Assembly (NCBI GenBank): GCA_900315835.1
Contig: ONAR01000028.1
Span: 27,289-91,288, forward strand
DNA: 64,000 bases
Reading direction: 5' to 3'
Source: an uncultured Prevotella sp.
Lineage (GTDB): Bacteria > Bacteroidota > Bacteroidia > Bacteroidales > Bacteroidaceae
The notes beneath the pieces are model-generated. The model was given only the letters and a program-made list of their open reading frames with translations. It ran no database searches and had not been told where the DNA came from. Both the position numbers and the translations under genes were made by a program. Position 1 is the stretch's first letter; each line of letters begins with the position of its first letter. This document shows, piece by piece, positions 55,041-64,000 of the stretch.

Positions 55041-55946
55041 TTAGCGGCGCTTAGAAGTTGAACGCTTTTTCGTAGTTGTCTTCTTCGTGGTCGTTTTCTT
55101 TGTGGTCGTTTTCTTTGTGGTCGTCGACGATGCGGTAGCGGCCTTGTAATACTTCAGCGCCTCAGGCATTTCCTTCTGCAGGGCAGCGATACGCTTGGCA
55201 TCGCTGGGGTGGTCGCTGAAGATATCGCTCTGATTGCTGCTGGAACCGGATGCCATACGCTGCCAGAAAGGAATAGCCTGCTCGGGGTCGTAACCAGCCA
55301 TTGCAGCGAAAATCAGTCCGATGTGGTCGGCCTCGCTTTCGTTGTCGCGGCTGTATTTCAGATTGGCAAACGAGAAACCCTGCTGGGCAATGGCTGAGGC
55401 CACATCACCCACACCGTTGCCAACGGCCGAATTGAGCACCGTTCCGAGAATCTGTGTGCCATACTGCTGACGGATCTGCTTCGACATCTGCTCAGCCGAG
55501 TGCTTGGCGACGGCATGCGCAATCTCGTGGCCGAGCACGATGGCCAGCGAAGCCTCGTTCTGCGTATAAGGCAGAAGACCCTCATACACGACAATCTTAC
55601 CGCCGGGCATACAGAATGCGTTGGCTTCCTTGTTCTGCACAAGGTTGAACTCCCAACTGAAGTTCTGAATCTCCGAAGACATGCCGTTGTTCTTCAGATA
55701 GGTCTCAACAGCTGAGGCCAGCCGCTGACCGACCCGCTTCACCATAGCCGTATTGGTGGCATTAGTGGATACTTTGGCCGTCTTCATAAACTTATTGTAT
55801 TCCTGATTACTCAGGCTCAGCACCTGGGCATCAGATACCAACAGCGTGTGTTTGCGACCCGTAACAGGTACTGTAGACGTCGTACCGCAGGCTGCCATCA
55901 ATAAGGCAGCCGCCATCGACAAAACTAAAAACTTGATACTTTTCAT
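55041..55946 (-). CDS. M48 family zinc metallopeptidase lipoprotein with Lys/Thr-rich tail
   Basis: MKSIKFLVLSMAAALLMAAC lipobox, HEIAHAVAKH zinc motif, and a C-terminal (TTTKK)x4. The track start at 55994 is a TTG, so the ATG at 55946 is preferred. Confidence 0.85.
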   Translation of the reverse strand: MKSIKFLVLSMAAALLMAACGTTSTVPVTGRKHTLLVSDAQVLSLSNQEYNKFMKTAKVSTNATNTAMVKRVGQRLASAVETYLKNNGMSSEIQNFSWEFNLVQNKEANAFCMPGGKIVVYEGLLPYTQNEASLAIVLGHEIAHAVAKHSAEQMSKQIRQQYGTQILGTVLNSAVGNGVGDVASAIAQQGFSFANLKYSRDNESEADHIGLIFAAMAGYDPEQAIPFWQRMASGSSSNQSDIFSDHPSDAKRIAALQKEMPEALKYYKAATASSTTTKKTTTKKTTTKKTTTKKRSTSKRR

Positions 55947-56014
55947 CTTATTGATAGAAAATAGTTTATATAATCTCAAATCTACGCGACACAAACCGTC
56001 GCCTCATCTGCTTG

Positions 56015-56022
56015 CAAAGTTA
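56015..56022 (-). promoter_or_regulatory. -7 promoter box (TAACTTTG) for the M48 peptidase gene
   Basis: caaagtta on the + strand upstream of the gene. Confidence 0.45.
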
Positions 56023-56160
56023 TGTTATTTCCAAACAAGTCGTAACTATTTATGTGTTTTTAACATGTTCCTCAAGGCTCAAATCCGTCTTACCGAAGCC
56101 TGGAATGTTAAAAGATACTATAAAAGGTTAGCAATGTGTTGCTGCTTTAATAGATTATGG

Positions 56161-56168
56161 TAACTTTG
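56161..56168 (+). promoter_or_regulatory. -7 promoter box (TAACTTTG) for the polysaccharide export/rfb cluster
   Basis: 55 nt upstream of the ATG at 56223. Confidence 0.5.
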
Positions 56169-56222
56169 TAATCTAAAGGCTTCTCCTCTATAATACAACA
56201 GCAACAAAAATATAAGTAGAAT

Positions 56223-57032
56223 ATGTTAAATAGTTTAAGATTTCCGCTTCTTTGTGCAATATTCACAATGTTAGCGATGGTCGGTTGCCAAACGCCGAAG
56301 ACGATTGGCTACTTCCAAGACATTCAGCCCGGTCAAGGGGTGCCGTCGGTTCAGCCAAAATACATCACCTTCCAGCCAGGTGACAAGGCTACCATCATCG
56401 TAAAGAGCAAGGACCCGGAACTGGCCGAGCTTTTTAACCTCTCTACGGTTTCCTATCGTGTAGGGCAGGGTACAAACAACAGCTACTACAACGGCAGCCA
56501 GAATGTATCATTCTATACCATCGACTCGGACGGCAATATCGATTTCCCCATCCTCGGAAAAGTGCACATCGCCGGTTTGCAGCGCGGCGAGGTGGCATCG
56601 CTCATCAAGGGTATGCTCGTCGGCAAAGACCTCGTGAAGGACGCCATAGTGACCTGCGACTTTGCCAACCTCTACTTCTCAGTCCTCGGTGAAGTCGCCA
56701 AACCGGGTCAGTACTCTATCGACCGCGACCAGATTACCCTGCTCGACGCCCTCGGCAAGGCCGGGGACCTCACCATCTACGGTAAGCGCGACAGCGTAAC
56801 CGTGATGCGAAATGAGGGTGGCCTTAATAAAATATATAAGGTGGACCTCTGCTCTTGGAAGGATGTATCCAGCTCACCCGCCTATTTCATCCAGCAGAAT
56901 GACGTCATCTACGTCACGCCCAACGACACCCGCGCAAGACAATCAACAGTCAACGGTAACAATGTAAGGTCGACTTCCTTCTGGATTTCATTGGCCTCGC
57001 TGTTCACCTCCATCGCCGTACTGCTCAAATAA
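56223..57032 (+). CDS. wza: polysaccharide export outer-membrane protein (Wza-like)
   Basis: Lipoprotein-like signal (...LAMVGC), a Poly_export motif region (YITFQPGDKATIIV) and an SLBB-like segment. Confidence 0.85.
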   Translation: MLNSLRFPLLCAIFTMLAMVGCQTPKTIGYFQDIQPGQGVPSVQPKYITFQPGDKATIIVKSKDPELAELFNLSTVSYRVGQGTNNSYYNGSQNVSFYTIDSDGNIDFPILGKVHIAGLQRGEVASLIKGMLVGKDLVKDAIVTCDFANLYFSVLGEVAKPGQYSIDRDQITLLDALGKAGDLTIYGKRDSVTVMRNEGGLNKIYKVDLCSWKDVSSSPAYFIQQNDVIYVTPNDTRARQSTVNGNNVRSTSFWISLASLFTSIAVLLK

Positions 57033-57059
57033 TAACGAATATTCAAATCTTTTTCTCCT

Positions 57060-59480
57060 ATGTCTGAGAACGACAATATCCAACAGCAAGAAGTTCAAGA
57101 GGAGGGCTTAAACCTCCAAGCACTGTGGCTGCTTTTCAGCAGTAACTGGAAATGGTTTGTGATTTCTGTCATCGCCTGCCTTCTCTTGGGCATGTATTAT
57201 GTCAAGAAACAGCCAAAGCAATATACGCGCTCGGCCATCGTACTCATCAAGGACGAGACCAAACAGCAAGGCATCAGCGACATTTCGAGTGTATTCTCGA
57301 ATATGGGCTACAACATGGGCCAAACCAACGTAAACAATGAGCTCTACAACATTCAGGCCCCATCGGTGCTGCTCGAAGCAGGCCGTCGGCTCGGGTTGGA
57401 TATGAACTATATCGTTCCCGGCACCTTCCACGACTATGAGCTATATGGCAAGACGCTGCCGGTTACGGTGCGCTTTATGGGTCTCAGCGACGACGAGATG
57501 GCTTCGCTCAAACTGGAACTGAGCCCCAATGGCAAAATCAAGATGTCGGAGTTCACACGCGATGGAGAAGTCATGGGTGAGGACCAGACGGTTGAAGGTT
57601 TCGTCAATCAGGTCATCAACACCCCTGCCGGTAAGGTCATCGTGAAGCCGACCAGCTATTTCGGCTCCTTTGTTTCTGAAGACAACCTGCCTATCACCGT
57701 CTTCCGCTCCACGCTCTACAGCATGACGACTGAGCTGCAGTCGCGCCTGTCTGTGGCGCTGGCTGACAAACAGTCGTCTGACCTCAACATCAGCTATACC
57801 GACGTCATCCCGGAGCGCGCCACCGACGTGATCAACACCATGATAAGCGTTTACAAGGAGCAGTGGGTGAAGGATAAGAACCAGGTCATCAGCGCTACGT
57901 CGAAGTTCATCAATAACCGTATCGCTATCATCGAGAAGGAACTCGGCGGCCTCGACGCCAACATCTCGTCTTACCGCAGCTCTCACCTCATTCCCGACGA
58001 GCAGTCAACCGCCGACCTCTATATGCAGCAGTCAAAGGATGCCAACAAGCAGTTGATTGACCTCAGCACCCAGCGCGCTATGGCCACTTACGTGCGCGGC
58101 ATGCTCTTCCGCAGTACGAAGAACCACTACCAGCTGCTCCCGGCAAACTCGGGAATAGACAACCAGTCCATCGAGAAAGAGATTTCCGCATACAACACGC
58201 TGCTCATGCAGCGCAACCAGCTGGTGGCCAACTCGTCGACCAAAAACCCCATCGTGGAAGATTATGATGAGCAGCTTGCCGCCATGCGTAAGTCGCTGCT
58301 CTCTGGCATCGACAACCTCGTAGCCGGAATCAACGCGCAAGTAGGTCAGGCGCAGCTTGAGGAGAACAAGACCAAGCAGCGTATCGCGCAAGCTCCTGGT
58401 CAGGCTGAATATCTGCAGAGCGTAGGACGTCAGCAGAAAGTGAAGGAGCAGCTGTATATCTTCCTCCTCCAAAAGCGTGAGGAGAATGAGCTCTCGCAGG
58501 CTTTCACCGCTTACAACGTACGTGTAATCTCTGCACCTTTCGGTTCCAACAGACCCGTATCGCCAAAGTCTAAGCAGATTATGCTTATCGCACTGGTATT
58601 GGGTCTCATTATCCCGGCCGGCATTCTCTTGCTCATCGAGAACATGAATACCCGCCTGCGTAACCGCAAGGATCTCGAGGATGTGAAGGTTCCTCTGGTT
58701 GGCGAGGTGCCTTATGGTAATCAGATTAAGTGGTACAAGCGCCTGACCCGTAAGGATATGGATAAGGATAAGCTCAAACTCGTTGTGAAGGAAGGCGGAC
58801 AAGACATGATGAATGAGAGCTTCCGCTTGCTTAGAACAAAGGTGGACTACTTCCTCGGCAACAACAAGGAGAAGAACGTCCTCTTGCTTACTTCATTCAA
58901 TCCGAATAGTGGTAAGACCTTCCTCACCCTTAATACAGCCGCAGCCATGGCCATCAAAGGCAAGAAGGTGCTTATCATAGACTGCGACCTGCGCAAGGCT
59001 TCGATGTCAACGTTCGTAAATTCTCCGAAGAAGGGACTCTCACTTTACCTCAACGGCATGAGCGACAATCCACAGGAGCTAATTGTCAAGTCAGCACATA
59101 TCGACAACCTCTACCTGATACCGGTTGGAGTGATGCCGCCTAACCCCGCAGAGCTTTTGGCTAATGGTCGGTTGAAGACGCTTCTGGATGAGCTTCGCGA
59201 CCAATACGACGTCATCCTCTTAGACTGTCCGCCAGTGGAGGTTGTAGCCGATACCGAAATCATTGCATCCTATGCCGACAATACGCTCTTCGTGGTGCGT
59301 GCAGGTCTCCTCGAACGCTCTATGTTGCCTGAGCTCAACCGCATCTACGATCAAAAGAAGTATCCGCACATGGCATTGATTCTCAACGGCACTTCTGTCA
59401 GCAAACGCTACGGCTATGGCTACGGTTACGGCTATGGCTACGGCTATGGTACCGACTATAAATACGGAAACAAGAAATAA
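57060..59480 (+). CDS. wzc: polysaccharide co-polymerase / tyrosine autokinase (Wzc-like)
   Basis: Two TM segments flanking a large periplasmic coiled-coil domain. Walker A SFNPNSGKTF. C-terminal tyrosine cluster RYGYGYGYGYGYGTDYKY. Confidence 0.9.
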   Translation: MSENDNIQQQEVQEEGLNLQALWLLFSSNWKWFVISVIACLLLGMYYVKKQPKQYTRSAIVLIKDETKQQGISDISSVFSNMGYNMGQTNVNNELYNIQAPSVLLEAGRRLGLDMNYIVPGTFHDYELYGKTLPVTVRFMGLSDDEMASLKLELSPNGKIKMSEFTRDGEVMGEDQTVEGFVNQVINTPAGKVIVKPTSYFGSFVSEDNLPITVFRSTLYSMTTELQSRLSVALADKQSSDLNISYTDVIPERATDVINTMISVYKEQWVKDKNQVISATSKFINNRIAIIEKELGGLDANISSYRSSHLIPDEQSTADLYMQQSKDANKQLIDLSTQRAMATYVRGMLFRSTKNHYQLLPANSGIDNQSIEKEISAYNTLLMQRNQLVANSSTKNPIVEDYDEQLAAMRKSLLSGIDNLVAGINAQVGQAQLEENKTKQRIAQAPGQAEYLQSVGRQQKVKEQLYIFLLQKREENELSQAFTAYNVRVISAPFGSNRPVSPKSKQIMLIALVLGLIIPAGILLLIENMNTRLRNRKDLEDVKVPLVGEVPYGNQIKWYKRLTRKDMDKDKLKLVVKEGGQDMMNESFRLLRTKVDYFLGNNKEKNVLLLTSFNPNSGKTFLTLNTAAAMAIKGKKVLIIDCDLRKASMSTFVNSPKKGLSLYLNGMSDNPQELIVKSAHIDNLYLIPVGVMPPNPAELLANGRLKTLLDELRDQYDVILLDCPPVEVVADTEIIASYADNTLFVVRAGLLERSMLPELNRIYDQKKYPHMALILNGTSVSKRYGYGYGYGYGYGYGTDYKYGNKK

Positions 59481-59507
59481 AGCAGAAAGAAACATTCAAT
59501 ATATATA

Positions 59508-60389
59508 ATGAATATATTAGTCACTGGGGCCAACGGGCAGCTCGGCAACGAGATGCAGTTGGCCAGCAAGACGAGCAGAGACCACTACCTCTTCACCGAC
59601 GTGTGTGAGGGCTACACCCATCTTGACATTACCAACATCGGCGATGTGCGCCGGATGGTCAGCGAGAACCATGTGGGCTGCATCATCAACTGCGCCGCAT
59701 GGACCAACGTGGACAAAGCAGAGACTGCAGGCGACATCGTGGAAACGCTGAACGCTACAGCACCAGAGAACCTCGCCAAGGTGATGAAAGAGGTGAATGG
59801 ACTGCTGGTGCACATCTCCACAGACTACGTCTTCGGCGGAGATCCCTACAATACGCCTTGCAAGGAAGATCAAAAAGGTACGCCAACGGGTGTCTATGGT
59901 CTGACAAAGCTCCACGGCGAACAGAAAATCCAAGCCGTAGGCTGCGACTATATTATCCTGCGCACCGCCTGGCTCTATTCTGAATACGGCCATAACTTCG
60001 TCAAGACGATGATGAACCTCACCGCCACGAAGCCACAGCTGAAGGTGGTCTTTGACCAGTGCGGCACGCCGACCTATGCCGGTGACCTGGCCGCAGCCAT
60101 CTTCGACATCGTCGAAAACAGAAAATACGTGGGGAAGAACGGCATCTACCACTTCTCCAATGAAGGCGTTTGCAGCTGGTATGACTTCACCATCAAAATC
60201 GCAGAACTGGCCGGAAACCACAACTGCGACATTGAGCCATGCCACAGTGACGAGTTCCCGTCTCCCGTCAAGCGGCCTGCCTATTCGGTGCTTGACAAGA
60301 CTAAGATAAAACAAACCTTCGGCATCAAGATACCCTACTGGGTTGACTCGCTGAAGAAATGCATGACCAACCTCTTATCTCAAAAGTAA
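59508..60389 (+). CDS. rfbD: dTDP-4-dehydrorhamnose reductase
   Basis: [13 protein letters not shown]ossmann motif, YGLTK catalytic motif, 293 aa. Confidence 0.9.
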   Translation: MNILVTGANGQLGNEMQLASKTSRDHYLFTDVCEGYTHLDITNIGDVRRMVSENHVGCIINCAAWTNVDKAETAGDIVETLNATAPENLAKVMKEVNGLLVHISTDYVFGGDPYNTPCKEDQKGTPTGVYGLTKLHGEQKIQAVGCDYIILRTAWLYSEYGHNFVKTMMNLTATKPQLKVVFDQCGTPTYAGDLAAAIFDIVENRKYVGKNGIYHFSNEGVCSWYDFTIKIAELAGNHNCDIEPCHSDEFPSPVKRPAYSVLDKTKIKQTFGIKIPYWVDSLKKCMTNLLSQK

Positions 60390-61291
60390 TGAAAGGCATC
60401 GTTCTCGCCGGTGGAAGCGGCACCCGCCTCTACCCCATCACCAAGGGCGTGAGCAAGCAGCTCATCCCTATCTTCGACAAGCCGATGATCTATTATCCTA
60501 TATCGGTACTGATGTTGGCCGGTATACGCGATATTCTCATCATATCCACACCATTCGATCTGCCTGCCTTCAAGCGTCTGTTAGGCGACGGCAATGACTT
60601 TGGCGTACGGTTTACCTACGCCGAACAACCGTCTCCTGACGGTCTGGCGCAGGCTTTTATCATCGGGCGTGAGTTCATCGGCGACGATGACGTGTGTCTG
60701 GTGCTGGGTGACAACATCTTCCACGGCGCCGGACTGACAGGCATGCTCCGCGATGCCGTGCGTACGGCAGAGGAAGAGCGGAAGGCTACGGTCTTCGGCT
60801 ATTGGGTCAATGATCCCGAGCGCTATGGCGTGGCTGAGTTCGACGAGAACGGCAACTGCCTGAGCATCGAAGAGAAGCCCAAGCAGCCTAAGAGCAACTA
60901 TGCTGTCGTCGGACTCTACTTCTATCCTAATAAGGTGGTAGACGTGGCTGCCCACATCAAGCCGTCAACGCGTGGAGAACTGGAGATTACTTCCGTAAAC
61001 CAAGTCTTCCTCGACGATAAGGAACTGAAGGTGAAGACGCTCGGCCGTGGCTTCGCATGGCTCGATACCGGCACACACGACTCACTGGCAGAAGCCTCGA
61101 CCTTCATCGAGGTCATTGAGAAGCGCCAAGGTCTGAAGGTGGCCTGCCTTGAGACCATCGCCTTTGAGCAGGGATGGATCGATGAGCAGAAACTGATTGA
61201 AGATGCCCAACCCATGCTCAAAAATGAATACGGACAATATCTCGTAAGAATTGCCAAAGAGGGCAAGCACAAGAACAAGCCAGTATTTTGA
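60389..61291 (+). CDS. rfbA: glucose-1-phosphate thymidylyltransferase
   Basis: [18 protein letters not shown]. Its ATG overlaps the rfbD stop (TAATG). The track ORF start at 60359 is an in-frame upstream extension. Confidence 0.9.
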   Translation: MKGIVLAGGSGTRLYPITKGVSKQLIPIFDKPMIYYPISVLMLAGIRDILIISTPFDLPAFKRLLGDGNDFGVRFTYAEQPSPDGLAQAFIIGREFIGDDDVCLVLGDNIFHGAGLTGMLRDAVRTAEEERKATVFGYWVNDPERYGVAEFDENGNCLSIEEKPKQPKSNYAVVGLYFYPNKVVDVAAHIKPSTRGELEITSVNQVFLDDKELKVKTLGRGFAWLDTGTHDSLAEASTFIEVIEKRQGLKVACLETIAFEQGWIDEQKLIEDAQPMLKNEYGQYLVRIAKEGKHKNKPVF

Positions 61292-61312
61292 ACATCATTA
61301 ATCATCAACATT

Positions 61313-62482
61313 ATGGCTACTTCCTATAAAAGAACGATTGTCATCACTGGCGGCGCCGGTTTCATCGGCAGCCATGTGGTAAGGCTTTTCGTCAATAAAT
61401 ACCCCGAGTATAAAATCATCAACCTCGACAAGCTCACCTACGCTGGCAACTTAGCCAACCTGAAGGATATTGAGAACAAGCCCAACTACAAGTTTGTCAA
61501 GATGGATATCTGCGACTTCGCCGATTTCCGTAAGCTCATTGAAGACGAGCAAGTAGACGGCATCATCCACCTTGCTGCCGAGAGTCATGTCGACCGCTCC
61601 ATCAAAGACCCGTTCACCTTTGCACATACCAATGTCATCGGTACGCTGAGTCTTTTGCAGGCTGCCAAGGACTATTGGGGCAACCAACCTACACCTTGGT
61701 ACATCGAGAAGAATGGCGAGAAGGTAGCTTGCCGCTTCTACCATATCTCAACCGATGAGGTATATGGTGCGCTGAAACTCACCAACCCCGAGGGGCTTGA
61801 AAGTCCGTTCACCACAAAGGCCTCGTCTGAGCATCACCACGCCTACGGCACTGAGTTCTTCACCGAAGAGACGAAATACAACCCTCACTCTCCGTACTCT
61901 GCCTCGAAAGCATCGAGCGACCACTTTGTCCGCGCTTTCCACGACACCTACGGCATGCCGACTATCGTGACCAACTGCTCCAACAACTACGGTCCTTACC
62001 AGTTCCCGGAGAAGCTCATCCCCCTATTCATCAACAATATCCGGCACCGCAAGCCGCTCCCCGTCTATGGTAAGGGCGAGAATGTACGCGACTGGCTCTA
62101 CGTCGAAGACCACGCACGCGCCATTGATCTCATCTTCCATAAGGGTAAGATTGCCGACACCTATAACATCGGCGGCTTCAACGAATGGAAGAATATCGAT
62201 ATCATCCATGTCGTCATCAAGACCGTCGACCGTCTGCTCGGCCGTAAGGAGGGCGAAGATGAGAACCTCATCACCTACGTCACCGACCGACCCGGCCATG
62301 ATATGCGCTACGCCATTGATAGCCGGAAGTTGCAGCGTGAACTCGGATGGGAGCCCAGCCTGCAGTTTGAGGAAGGCATTGAAAGAACCGTACGTTGGTA
62401 TCTCGACAACCAGGAATGGATGGACAATGTCACCTCTGGCGACTACCAGAAGTACTACGATAACATGTATAAGAACAGATAA
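61313..62482 (+). CDS. rfbB: dTDP-glucose 4,6-dehydratase
   Basis: TGGAGFIGS, YSASKASSD (YxxxK), 389 aa. Confidence 0.9.
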   Translation: MATSYKRTIVITGGAGFIGSHVVRLFVNKYPEYKIINLDKLTYAGNLANLKDIENKPNYKFVKMDICDFADFRKLIEDEQVDGIIHLAAESHVDRSIKDPFTFAHTNVIGTLSLLQAAKDYWGNQPTPWYIEKNGEKVACRFYHISTDEVYGALKLTNPEGLESPFTTKASSEHHHAYGTEFFTEETKYNPHSPYSASKASSDHFVRAFHDTYGMPTIVTNCSNNYGPYQFPEKLIPLFINNIRHRKPLPVYGKGENVRDWLYVEDHARAIDLIFHKGKIADTYNIGGFNEWKNIDIIHVVIKTVDRLLGRKEGEDENLITYVTDRPGHDMRYAIDSRKLQRELGWEPSLQFEEGIERTVRWYLDNQEWMDNVTSGDYQKYYDNMYKNR

Positions 62483-62500
62483 GCAAGGAAGGCAAGAAGA

Positions 62501-63070
62501 ATGAATGTCATCAAAACCAACATTGAAGGCGTACTGATTATCGAGCCACGCCTCTTCAGAGATGCGCGCGGTTACTTCTTTGAGAGTTTCTCGCAGCGTG
62601 AGTTTGATGAGAAAGTCGGCCACATCGATTTCTGCCAAGACAACGAATCGATGTCGTCTTATGGTGTGATGCGTGGTCTGCATTTCCAGCGCCCGCCTTA
62701 CAGTCAGAGTAAACTGGTGCGCTGTGTACGCGGCAGAGTGCTCGACGTGGCTGTAGATATCCGAAAAGGTTCACCCACTTACGGCCAACATGTTGCCGTA
62801 GAATTGACCGAAGATAACCACCGTCAGTTCTTCATTCCACGTGGCTTCGCTCATGGCTTCGCCGTATTGTCAGAGACCGCTATCTTCCAGTACAAATGCG
62901 ATAACTTCTATCACCCGGAGGCCGACGGCGGCATTTCCATCCTCGACGATTCGCTGGGTATTGACTGGCGCATCCCTACCGAGCATGCCAACCTTTCAGA
63001 GAAGGATACCAAGCACGACTTACTGAAGGACTTCGAATCGCCTTTCGATATCAACGTTCCTCTCTACTAA
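62501..63070 (+). CDS. rfbC: dTDP-4-dehydrorhamnose 3,5-epimerase
   Basis: FRDARGYFFESF, RGLHFQ, QSKLVRCVRGRVLDVAVD, RGFAHGF. Confidence 0.9.
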   Translation: MNVIKTNIEGVLIIEPRLFRDARGYFFESFSQREFDEKVGHIDFCQDNESMSSYGVMRGLHFQRPPYSQSKLVRCVRGRVLDVAVDIRKGSPTYGQHVAVELTEDNHRQFFIPRGFAHGFAVLSETAIFQYKCDNFYHPEADGGISILDDSLGIDWRIPTEHANLSEKDTKHDLLKDFESPFDINVPLY

Positions 63071-63218
63071 GCAAAGGAGCTCACTCATTTATAGATTCCT
63101 TAAATAGAGGCCCGTCTACAAAAACGACGTGACAGCAACAGCAGTTTGCTTCCTTCGTTAAGACTTTAGTCTGTAAAACGTTGCTAAGCAGCGTTTCTCT
63201 CATTCCTCATCAAAAAGG

Positions 63219-63256
63219 AAGCCCCAACTAAGCTTGTAACCGCTTAGCTGGGGCTT
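63219..63256. terminator. terminator between convergent rfbC and phosphorylase genes
   Basis: Stem aagccccaactaagc / gcttagctggggctt (1 mismatch). T-runs are present on both strands. Confidence 0.65.
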
Positions 63257-63278
63257 TCCATTTATCGTTAATCTTATA

Positions 63279-64000
63279 TTAGTCGAGCCACTTCACGTAG
63301 CAGAAGTCCTGACGGTGAGGCAAGTTCTTGTTCTTCGGGAACATGCGCACGCAACTCTTAAACGAACCAGCATGCTCAGGCTCCAATGTCAACTCAAAGT
63401 TGTAATTGTTGCCCTCGTGGCCAGTCATCTTGAACTCCTTCACGCTATAGATGCGACGGTCGCTGGGATCGGAATCAGGCTTCAGCGTAACGAGTTCCAG
63501 TCCAATAGCGTCATTCAGTCCCTGCTCATCGATGGTGTAACGGATGACGTACTTCTGTCCAGTCTCACCACCGTTCTCGAGATAAGAGCTGTCTTTGCTG
63601 ACTACATTGATATTATCCCAACGCTCTGCAACGGTTTCCTTCCATTGAGCAATCTCCTTGGCCAGATGGTTGTTATTGGCCGAAATCTTTGCAAAGCGGG
63701 CTGCCTCCTTATTATAGAACTTGCTGTAATAGTCATCCAACTGACGCTTCATCGTATAGTGAGGAGCGATGGTTGCGATAGAGTTCTTGATGACCTTAAT
63801 CCAATTGGGGCTGAAGCCCTTCTTGTTCTGCTCATAATAGAGAGGCACGATCTCATGCTCGAGCAACGAATAGATTGTAGCTGCGTCAAGCTGATCCTGA
63901 TAGCCTTGGTTCTGGTAGGTACGCTCCTGAGGGAGTGCCCAACCGGCACCCTTACGATAGCCTTCAACCCACCAACCGTCAAGCACGGAGAGGTTGACCA
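63279..64000 (-). CDS. alpha-glucan (glycogen/maltodextrin) phosphorylase, 3' part (gene continues right of window)
   Basis: ...[13 protein letters not shown]... and the C-terminal extension are typical of Bacteroidota alpha-glucan phosphorylases. The frame stays open to base 64000. Confidence 0.8.
   Translation of the reverse strand, partial: VNLSVLDGWWVEGYRKGAGWALPQERTYQNQGYQDQLDAATIYSLLEHEIVPLYYEQNKKGFSPNWIKVIKNSIATIAPHYTMKRQLDDYYSKFYNKEAARFAKISANNNHLAKEIAQWKETVAERWDNINVVSKDSSYLENGGETGQKYVIRYTIDEQGLNDAIGLELVTLKPDSDPSDRRIYSVKEFKMTGHEGNNYNFELTLEPEHAGSFKSCVRMFPKNKNLPHRQDFCYVKWLD

Noticed and set aside
59380-59480. YGYGYGYGYGYG repeat at the end of the Wzc-like protein as an anomalous microsatellite
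   Set aside because: A C-terminal tyrosine cluster is the normal autophosphorylation site of BY-kinases.
1-64000. Search for tRNA, rRNA, tmRNA, RNase P, riboswitches, IS elements, integrases, CRISPR-Cas, restriction-modification or toxin-antitoxin pairs
   Set aside because: None of the intergenic regions showed the characteristic conserved cores I can recognise by eye, and no ORF carried the corresponding catalytic motifs. A covariance-model scan (Rfam, tRNAscan) would be needed to exclude small RNAs.

Overview
64-kb chromosomal window from a Bacteroidota genome, probably Prevotella-like. Support for that: TAnnTTTG -7 promoter boxes in front of most operons, T9SS C-terminal sorting domains, a DUF4492-cydAB operon, and Bacteroides-type ilv and aromatic amino-acid operons. 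I call about 55 protein-coding genes, most of them core functions.

Gene content, left to right:
- surface-protein module, M16 peptidase, cdd, cydAB, rsmG, ruvC, an ABC ATPase, a 5'-nucleotidase, nudC
- ilvD-B-N, acyl-ACP thioesterase, ilvC
- two ompA paralogs, folD, ffh
- pheA, aminotransferase, DAHP synthase/chorismate mutase, tyrA
- copZ-copA, wecB, SPFH/NfeD
- wza-wzc and the rfbDABC (rml) genes, then the 3' end of an alpha-glucan phosphorylase

I recognised no rRNA, tRNA, CRISPR array, transposase, integrase, or known defence or toxin system, and I see no clear new multi-gene system.

Observations most worth following up:
1. A G7/C7 homopolymer separates a textbook signal peptide from a 1153-aa T9SS cargo ORF. 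This is either a phase-variation switch or a homopolymer sequencing error. The gene sits in a 4.3-kb cassette flanked by the two ompA paralogs.
2. One ompA copy carries a compensated double frameshift across its peptidoglycan-binding motif.
3. A roughly 400-430-bp non-coding element containing a phased array of 22-bp palindromic units occurs twice in inverted orientation. The two copies bracket 29.2 kb, and each has a truncated gene at one border.
4. A Tyr/Phe-rich leader peptide with terminator and antiterminator precedes the pheA operon.
5. A G-free 110-nt spacer built from a 44-bp tandem duplication runs directly into a start codon.

Functional calls rest on motif recognition and memory of protein families. 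No database search was possible.
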